From Aduncisulcus paluster (Eukaryota), in the NCBI GenBank assembly GCA_024181965.1, contig BQXS01010821.1, positions 1-32,744 on the forward strand: DNA of 32,744 bases. Reading direction: 5' to 3'. A program made the translations under genes and the position numbers. The notes beneath the pieces are model-generated. The model saw nothing but the letters and a program-made list of their open reading frames with translations, made no database searches and had not been told where the DNA came from. Below, in pieces: positions 1 to 7,464 of this stretch (position 1 is the first letter of the stretch; the number at the start of each line of letters is the position of its first letter).

Positions 1-2
1 AA

Positions 3-422
3 GAAGAAGAAGAAGAATATAGTACTGAAGACTCTGAGGAATCGACTGAGAGGAGGAAATTGCGTCATTCCAAACGTCGGGAGAGGAAGAGAAGACAACG
101 TGAGAGGGCGAAACGGAAGCAAGAAAGAGAAGGAAGTGATGAGGATTCTTGTGCTGATAGTTCAGATCTGGTGGATTACGCAGAGAGGAAAGTGGAGGAA
201 GAGCCTGAAGAAACGGTTGTTAAACGAACCATAGGAGACCTTGTTACGGATATGCTCGATATTATGGAGGAAAGACAAGGAATTAAGGAGAATGAAACAG
301 AAAAACAACCAGTGGGAATTACTGAGACTCAGGGAACATCTGACATTGAGAAAGCTGAGTTTCTTAAGAGTCAAAAGGCAATATCTACGATTGTTAATGA
401 TTTATTTGATGATTTGTTCTAG
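3..422 (+). CDS. 3' part of a hypothetical low-complexity Glu/Arg/Lys-rich protein (5' end lies outside the window)
   Basis: The frame is open from base 3 (EEEEEYSTEDSEESTERRKLRHSKRRERKRRQR...) to TAG at 420-422. Purine-rich coding-like composition drops to AT-rich sequence after the stop. The ORF-track start at 60 is an internal TTG. Confidence 0.75.
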   Translation, partial: EEEEEYSTEDSEESTERRKLRHSKRRERKRRQRERAKRKQEREGSDEDSCADSSDLVDYAERKVEEEPEETVVKRTIGDLVTDMLDIMEERQGIKENETEKQPVGITETQGTSDIEKAEFLKSQKAISTIVNDLFDDLF

Positions 423-603
423 ATATTTTCGTGTCGTATTCTTTCGCTGTATTGAAATCGTATTAATAATAAATTATTTCTTAAAATGACATTTACATGT
501 CTATTTTGTGGTATCAATGTTGTACGTTGTTTAAACAATGAGGGAGGGTAAATCTTCCATTTTCTTCTCGTATTGATGTGATAAACACACAACAAATTTA
601 TGT

Positions 604-1554
604 ATGGGAAATATTCAAGCATCTTTTCCAGATTCTCCTTTCGTTCGAGTTGATTCTAGAGTTGTAGTTCCCGAATTTGCAAAATCTCTGGTTGATGGGA
701 AAGATGATACTACATCAAAACAAAATATTCGTAAATTTATTGAATGTGAGTATTTTATTGCTTTTAATTCTCTATCACTCCTATTTGATCATCCATATTC
801 CTTCGAGTCGATTCAGTTTGCGTCTGCATGCACAAATAGGCCAACACAACTTTCTTTTGTTTTTTCAACATCTTCAGGGAAAGAAATTAAAAGAATCTGC
901 TCAATGAAACGGGTTAGTGATACTCTCCCTGGTAATTTAATATATCTTTGTCCTGTACATGTTCACAATGTAATTAGGTGTGAGATAATTTGTAAATCAA
1001 CATCACACTCTGAAAAAACATGTGAAATCATGAATTTATTTTTCATACAATTTCAAAACCCTTCGTTATTTCCTTTAGCAACAGCTGTGTCTCACTCTGC
1101 TTCTGATGTAATTCATGCTCAATTTTTGAAAGAAGGAGATTGCAAACATCCGCTTATTCCTTATTTATCGCCTCAAATTATCCAGCCCTTTGATTTTGGA
1201 GGTATTTTTGCCCATGATTCAACACTGAAAGATCTTGTTGAAAGTGTTGAGAAAGGGAAAATGGTTAAGTGGTTTTCAATATCATTCTCTCTACCGCCAT
1301 TAAGTCATGTTGATTGTATTGATATCTGTGTTGGATGGAATAGACCAATTGAAATGGAAGTATCATGTTGTACGGTGTCTGATTGTGTTGTTACAAAAAT
1401 AGTTCACATTTCAAGACAGAGTGGTTGGTTTAAAATTGAAATCGGAATCAAAAATGTTGTTCGGTGTGAGTTGCGATGTTTAAAATCTCAAGAGGGCTTG
1501 CTTTGGGGAAAGACCAATGCCATTCAAGTCATTGCGCATGAAAGTGAAATGTAA
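604..1554 (+). CDS. Hypothetical protein with two copies of a ~150-aa beta-rich domain (same family as 12607..15600); possible N-myristoylation
   Basis: 316-aa ATG ORF. Two internal repeats: PTQLSFVF...NVIRCEIICKS...IMNLFF and PIEMEVSC...GWFKIEIGIKNVVRCELRCLKS...NAIQV. The N-terminus is MGNIQAS. Confidence 0.8.
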   Translation: MGNIQASFPDSPFVRVDSRVVVPEFAKSLVDGKDDTTSKQNIRKFIECEYFIAFNSLSLLFDHPYSFESIQFASACTNRPTQLSFVFSTSSGKEIKRICSMKRVSDTLPGNLIYLCPVHVHNVIRCEIICKSTSHSEKTCEIMNLFFIQFQNPSLFPLATAVSHSASDVIHAQFLKEGDCKHPLIPYLSPQIIQPFDFGGIFAHDSTLKDLVESVEKGKMVKWFSISFSLPPLSHVDCIDICVGWNRPIEMEVSCCTVSDCVVTKIVHISRQSGWFKIEIGIKNVVRCELRCLKSQEGLLWGKTNAIQVIAHESEM

Positions 1555-1621
1555 CATTTTTTAGTATTTTGCTGACCTTGAAGGCATATCGTATTTTATT
1601 ATATTTTTAGATTAAAAGCTG

Positions 1622-1641
1622 GAAATTCTAAACTTTAGAAA
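1622..1641. other. Palindromic intergenic motif GAAATTCTAAACTTTAGAAA between convergent genes
   Basis: Inverted repeat TTCTAAA-C-TTTAGAA. Close variant of the motif at 15837-15867 and 23730-23758. Confidence 0.35.
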
Positions 1642-1710
1642 CATGAACTTTTTCAATTCGATATTTCCACCCTCTTTCTGTATCATTGAGATATTTTGTA
1701 CGGAAACAGA

Positions 1711-2271
1711 TTATTCTTCTTTTATTATTTCTGATGAATCGGGGCATGATTCGTAAAGTTCTTTCACTGTCTTCATAAGTCTAGGATGTTTTTTCTCAGA
1801 CCAAAACTCCCTAAGAGGTTCTAAAACAAACCTTCTTTCAGTCATAAGTTTATGAGGGATGGTAAGATCAGGCGTTTCGATTGAAGAGTCGCCATAAAAA
1901 AGAATATCTATGTCAACAGGTCGACTCTCATACCCATCCACAGTCTTCTTTTCTCTTCCGAAACGTTTCTCAATCTTCTGAGTTAAATGCAACAAATCAT
2001 GAGGTAATAAAGATGTTTCTAACTCAATTACTTGATTGGTAAAGGCGTCATCACTTTCAAAACCCCATGCTTTGGATTTATAGAAACTTCCAGTTTTTAT
2101 AATCTTGCCCACCTCTTCAGATAATGCACTGACAACATCTGAAAAGGTTTTTTTAACGTCCCCTAGATTACCTCCTAGCTGTAAAATTATTTTGGATGGA
2201 GAATGAGAATCGGTAGAATCGTGAGGAATCAAAATATCAGGTCTAAGTATTTTTCCAGTTATTTTGGCCAT
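1711..2271 (-). CDS. folK: 2-amino-4-hydroxy-6-hydroxymethyldihydropteridine diphosphokinase (HPPK), stand-alone bacterial type
   Basis: HPPK motifs in order: LGGNLGD, YKSKAWG, FTNQVIELET, IEKRFGR, SRPVDIDIL (two Mg-binding Asp), LTIPH, ERRFVLEPL. There is a ~24-aa extra segment at the N-terminus. Confidence 0.95.
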   Translation of the reverse strand: MAKITGKILRPDILIPHDSTDSHSPSKIILQLGGNLGDVKKTFSDVVSALSEEVGKIIKTGSFYKSKAWGFESDDAFTNQVIELETSLLPHDLLHLTQKIEKRFGREKKTVDGYESRPVDIDILFYGDSSIETPDLTIPHKLMTERRFVLEPLREFWSEKKHPRLMKTVKELYESCPDSSEIIKEE

Positions 2272-2650
2272 TTCAAGTATAATATATCAATATATCAAAA
2301 AGAATTGATTGGTTTTATAAAAGATGTGTTGTCAAATCGAAAGTAATCATCAAATAAGATTAGAACCGGTTAGTTCTGCTACCGCCGCCGGCGGAACCGA
2401 AAAATCTCATTCTTCTGCGACAAAGTTTTGATCGCCTTCACAATCCCAACTTATTTATGAATAATTATTATTGCTAACTGTATATCTCAAATCGAAGCCT
2501 TTTCTGATATTATCCATTCATTTCATGATATCCGATAGAATTGTCTCCATCATCTCATAATTGGACTTATTAGATATAATGTATATATTCTCCATTCCAG
2601 GCCTTTTCATATTGGCAAAGATTTCACTGAATGGGATTATTTATTCCAAA

Positions 2651-2879
2651 TCACGGTCCCGTGCAGATTTTTTCTTCTGGGTTCTCAATCTCTCACATGG
2701 TTGCATCAGCCTCGGTCAATTCCTTCTCAAGCTCGAGATTACGGGTTCTCATATGTGTAACTTCCTAGTTGTCGCTGAAGAACCTCCGTAAGTTCTTCCA
2801 TCTTTGAATTAGCATTGATAAGAAGTGTTATTTCCTTATGGGGATATTCCAACCGTATATGTCGCTTTATTCGTTTATT
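2651..2879 (-). pseudogene. Possible decayed coiled-coil coding fragment
   Basis: Manual translation gives NKRIKRHIRLEYPHKEITLLINANSKMEELTEVLQRQL, then a +1 frameshift to EVTHMRTRNLELEKELTEADATM*EIENPEEKI. It has heptad-like composition, one frameshift and one internal stop. Confidence 0.3.
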
Positions 2880-2987
2880 TTATCTTAATTTTTCTTTATT
2901 ATTCGGATGAAAATAGGTTAATAATCAATAATTAATCAAAATACATCCTATTTTGAGAGCCTTATTGTTCATGTTGTTTGGAATAAG

Positions 2988-3167
2988 ATGAAATACTATT
3001 CTACTCAGGACAAGAACGAAGTTTATAACAAAGATTGGTACATGGGGCAGCACAAGACTGCTCAAACAACAGCGTGGCAGAAGTTTCAGAAATGGATCTT
3101 ATTCAAGAAAAACGAAAATACAAAGAATATAAGCGTTTTAAGACATATTTTCTATTATAAAAAATAA
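2988..3167 (+). CDS. Possible small ORF (59 aa), function unknown
   Basis: MKYYSTQDKNEVYNKDWYMGQHKTAQTTAWQKFQKWILFKKN...; the frame is open from 2925. It is more GC-rich than its flanks. No recognisable homology. Confidence 0.2.
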   Translation: MKYYSTQDKNEVYNKDWYMGQHKTAQTTAWQKFQKWILFKKNENTKNISVLRHIFYYKK

Positions 3168-3490
3168 CAGAAACCAAAAATAACCTTATATATATAAAAA
3201 AATGAATTAAAAAAGAATCATACAACAAAGAACTCGAGAATAGGAGAATATAATCCTAAATTCTTTACGGCTGCTCAAAAAACAAAAATCATAAAAACAG
3301 GGCGAGTCAAAACAAAATAAAAAAACGAAACTTGTTATATAAGCTGTAAAAGATGTAAAAAACAAAAACAATGGAGTAAAAATTTGTACAATTATATAAA
3401 AAATTATACAATAATCGTTAGATTTTGTCACAAAAATCGTGCGAGAGTAAGCAGGAAAGGACACCATAATGACTATGACAATCCAAGGAA

Positions 3491-5366
3491 CTAGACTACA
3501 ATATCTTCAACACAATACACCATTCCAGTTGTTGGATCTCTGCTTTGATACTTGAATTGACTACAGTCACATCCACACATATCGAACTGGAATGACATGG
3601 CCATCCAGTTCTCATCGGGGTTGTAGTACGCCTCTTCCTCCTTCCACGTGCAAGAGAACATGAATCCGATGGGAATATTCACAGTGTATCCGAACTGATG
3701 CTCGAAGATGTTAGAGAAGGCATCCCCAAGGTATATTGAAGTAATGATCTTCAACAAGGCACTCCACTGGGTGATCTGATCATCGGTAATGTCATCAGAA
3801 GGCAACACAGAGAGGGAAGATGAGACGGGAGAGATGGAGTTGAGTGAATAAAAGTTCTGAATTGTGTTGATATAGGCATGGTCGGATAATAGAATGGCTT
3901 TGAAGGTCATCGATACAATAAAGCTCACTTCAAAGGCAATAGGATCTGTGTCCGCTCGGCTAGAATACTGTTGCTGAGAGTATTGATCGTTTTTATCGCT
4001 GTAAGAGTCAGGGATAACACCACGGACTGTGACATAGACATCGTTGTAATCAAGATAAAACCCATCAAGAGCGATACTCATGAATTCTGGGATAACGGGG
4101 TCCAAGTCAGGGGAAGAAAGGCCCCAGGATACTTCGAGGTTACATCCAGGACAAGCCAAAAGCTCATCAATGCCGAGGTCAGCGTAAGTGTCTGTCTCGA
4201 ACATGAAGGAAAGAGCACTGTCAGCCTCATACTCTCCACTCGTCCCGCAGCCATCTTTCTCGGTGATACACCCTATTCTCGTGCGGGTGGCTGTAAATTG
4301 GTTCAGCTCTTCCCACGTGGCTCTGTTGGAGGTGAATTGTTGGTATAGAGCAGCGTGGACAAAGCCTGGCGATACAAAAACTGCCATGTCTGTTCCAGCA
4401 TATATATCTGGGAAAGAAGGGAACCAAAATGGATCGTATTCGAGGAGGATTGGATCGATATATGTCAATGGGTTGTCATTCTCATCGTTCATGGTGTGTG
4501 CGAAGAAGAAAGGCATGTCACCATAGAGATCTGAAAAGGATATGGGCCCACCGATGGCTAATTCAAGGAATGTCGGATAAGGATCATAGGTATACGTGTC
4601 TCCATTTACAGGACGCAAGAACCCATTAATGAGATCAGCAGCATACGAAGACAAGAATTCTGTAAACATGGGAATCATTGCATCCTCCAAAATATCAGTG
4701 AGCAATTCGAGAATTGGGTTAACATCACCAACGTAAGAAATATGGAACTTGTCGATATTCACCTTCAAGTATGTAAAAGCTAAATCAACAAGATAACCAC
4801 ATGCATCAAGACCACAAGATTGATCGGTCGTATCAGATGTGACGACAGCTTCAATGGCAGCAGAAATATCAAAACCTTCCAGAGTAATAACTGCAGAACC
4901 AGCCATAGAAGAATAAGGAAACGTCGTTAATTTCAATGCATAGTCAACACTCATCACAAGACCAGCATCAAATAGCTCCAATTCAATTGAGTCAGGAACA
5001 ATAAAATCAACAATCATTTCGTCGTCTTGGAAAAAAGTAAAGGACTCGATATTAAAATCAGAAAAAGAAATTTCACCTTTTCCTACGCCAATATCAAAAG
5101 GAATTACACTATCAGGAATATCCATGGCATAAATGTAATCATCGAAATACGGTTCGTAGGACGTAACAGGTTCTCGCTAAATTTTTAAACACTAGGATTT
5201 TACGATAAATTGTTGGTTCGAGGCCTACATCCACCAAGTTCTTCACGCCTTGCTTAGTAATTACAAGTTTTGATGTAACGCCTGCAAGTTGTAATTCGGT
5301 ACATACAAAATTAAATAGGAATACGAAGATAATAGAGATAATAATAAACCGATAAAAATTTCCCAT
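3491..5366 (-). CDS. Secreted BPI/LBP (TULIP) family lipid-binding protein; 5' part (ATG at 5366) and main body are in different frames and need removal of a 3n+1 segment
   Basis: The upstream ORF gives a signal peptide (FYRFIIISIIFVFLFNFVCT) plus AGVTSKLVITKQGVKNLVDVG. The downstream frame gives PYFDDYIYAMDIPDSVIPFDIGVGKGEISFSDFNIESF. Together these match the BPI N-terminal pattern (ISQKGLDY...G...IKIPD...F.I...GKG..SF...I..F). The reconstructed protein is ~603-607 aa, acidic, with a Cys-rich tail. Confidence 0.8.
5151..5220 (-). other. Intervening segment in the BPI-like gene: 64-nt unit bounded by CGAACC direct repeats, or an overlapping 52-nt GT-AG intron (5228..5177)
   Basis: GGTTCG occurs on + at 5151-5156 and 5215-5220. 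Deleting 64 nt joins the two frames. The alternative GTAGGC...TTTAG intron also restores the frame. Confidence 0.6.
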
Positions 5367-5738
5367 CAAATTCACAATATAATAATTAATATTAGAATGA
5401 CAATGTTTTTTAGTAATATAAATAGCAATAATAGATAATTAATTCAGGTGGATTGCTGGATTTCGGGGGGAAAAAACTGAAACAGTTCTCTTCCTGAATA
5501 TGCAAAGAAAAATCTTGAAGAGGGCATTAATGTCAATTATAACTGTAATTTCCTCAATAAATATTAATTATCCAGAGAGATTAAAAAGTTAGAATTATCA
5601 TTCGAGATAGTCAAAATATATGGAATTTAAAATCTAAATTTTACTGATTTTTGTATTATTAATTGAAAATTATCAAAGGACTTTAAGTTCTTCGTTTTTT
5701 CATTTTACCCCAAAAATTGTTGGATTTTTGTCAGTTTC

Positions 5739-6728
5739 ATGTTTTCTAGAATTTCTTCGAGGGAAGGTCCTTTTGGATTTCCTTCATGGGATGAAGATCC
5801 TGTACATTCTATGTTGAGTGAGAATAATGTTTCGTCTCAACAAAGTCAGTGCAAGTTGTTGTCAGATCCCCCAACCGATACCGCGGAAGATCATGAGATT
5901 CATTATCCAAAAGATACCGCGGAAGATCAAAAGATTCATCATCTTTTGGATGATCGTGATCAGTTCTCTAAAACCCTAGACGGCAAAAAACCACTTGGTG
6001 TTTCGAGCCCCGTCTGTAACCCCACTGGTTTCTTCGATAGATCTACTGGCAAAAGGAGATATCTCGAGCGTGATTATCTATGTAAACATGTGAAAAATCG
6101 ATATTGTGACGACTCCATGGCGTTCTTGCTTCTCTTATTTTCTAAGTACATACCTTTGACGGCAGGCAAACGCGCTAAACTCTTGGGTCCTCTTTTAGCC
6201 GGGTGTGATTGTGAAACTGCTTTAAAGGAAGCTGGGAAGTACTGGGAGAACAGGTATCGTCATATCCCTCGTTTTTCCCTCGATAAAAAAGAAAAGTTCG
6301 GGAATATCTGGGAATCCGCTCTCGATGGAGGCACCCTTCGGGGTATTTATCAAACTGTGTTTGTAGACAGTGCTCCTGAACCAAAGAAACAAATGCTGAA
6401 AGATGTTTTCAAAGAATTATCCGAGATGAAGGGTAAAGATCCCCTTACGGAAACTCCTGGATGCGTGACATTCCACGTCGATACTCCTATTCACGAAATT
6501 GACGGTGGTCGTTATATTCGATTCATGTTTCTCCTGGCAAATTCTAACACAAAGGAATTATCCACAATCCCACAATCCATTGTTCCTTTAACACCGGATA
6601 AGGGAAAGAAGAAACAACTTTTCTGTTACTATTCGGAACCTGAGCAGAAAAAAAAGATATATGATGCTGTTCTCGCTGTTTCTACTTGTAAATATAAGGA
6701 TGACAAGTCTTGTCAGACAAGACAATGA
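5739..6728 (+). CDS. Hypothetical protein
   Basis: 329-aa ATG ORF, clearly more GC-rich than its flanks. No motif recognised. Confidence 0.75.
   Translation: MFSRISSREGPFGFPSWDEDPVHSMLSENNVSSQQSQCKLLSDPPTDTAEDHEIHYPKDTAEDQKIHHLLDDRDQFSKTLDGKKPLGVSSPVCNPTGFFDRSTGKRRYLERDYLCKHVKNRYCDDSMAFLLLLFSKYIPLTAGKRAKLLGPLLAGCDCETALKEAGKYWENRYRHIPRFSLDKKEKFGNIWESALDGGTLRGIYQTVFVDSAPEPKKQMLKDVFKELSEMKGKDPLTETPGCVTFHVDTPIHEIDGGRYIRFMFLLANSNTKELSTIPQSIVPLTPDKGKKKQLFCYYSEPEQKKKIYDAVLAVSTCKYKDDKSCQTRQ
5877..5944 (+). repeat. Intragenic tandem repeat with 36-bp period (DTAEDHEIHYPK / DTAEDQKIHH)
   Basis: GATACCGCGGAAGATCA begins at 5877 and again at 5913. Confidence 0.85.
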
Positions 6729-7464
6729 AAATGCCTTAGGATCAAAAGAAGAAAGAGGACTCCGCTTCATCGTATGTGAACCTGAGCTATATAAGGCTGT
6801 TTTACAAGTTCCTAAGTGTGGATAACTTGGAAATACTCCAAAATTGAATGTTAATTTCTCTGTTTTAATACTTATGATTTTCGATCATCAAATGTTTATG
6901 TTTGGGTGTGATTTGGAGCTGATTTATGTTAGTAACGAGATAGATTGATTTCTGATCATCGTGAATATGTGGATCTAGTAATGCTCCAGTCACTCAATAA
7001 GATTATTGAACTTCGTCATATAAATAAAGAGAACTTCATAATATTTCTATTGAGATTTAACAAGTCCATTTCTTTGGATTACCGATAGATTTGGATTGTA
7101 ATAAATTAATATCTAGCATTTTTGACTCCTATTAACTCCTGAACTCATGAAAATTGTGAGTGCCACTCATTTTCAGTGAAAATGTTCAACATTTAATGTT
7201 GTCCGCTTAATTATAAATAAATCGTACAAAATATAATATTTTACATGATATAAAATACATTTTTTGTTCCTTTTTGTCCATGAAATCTCTCTTTTTTTAC
7301 GAATATTGGCTCGAAGTTGAGGATGTTGTCGTTTTGCAAGATATTGAACTCTGATCAGAATTTTGAAATTGAAATTCACGATCATTGGGATATCAAAAAC
7401 AAAATTATTCTATATTATTCTTTTTTTATACTAAGATTCATTTTTGCCCGTTCGACAATTTAAT

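Noticed and set aside
3207-3467. 86-aa Phe-rich minus-strand ORF
   Set aside because: T-rich low-complexity sequence just 3' of the BPI-like stop; most likely UTR/intergenic.
5177-5203. 27-nt GTAAAA...TTTAG intron candidate in the BPI-like gene
   Set aside because: Its length is a multiple of three, so the upstream frame would still hit the stop at 5139-5141.
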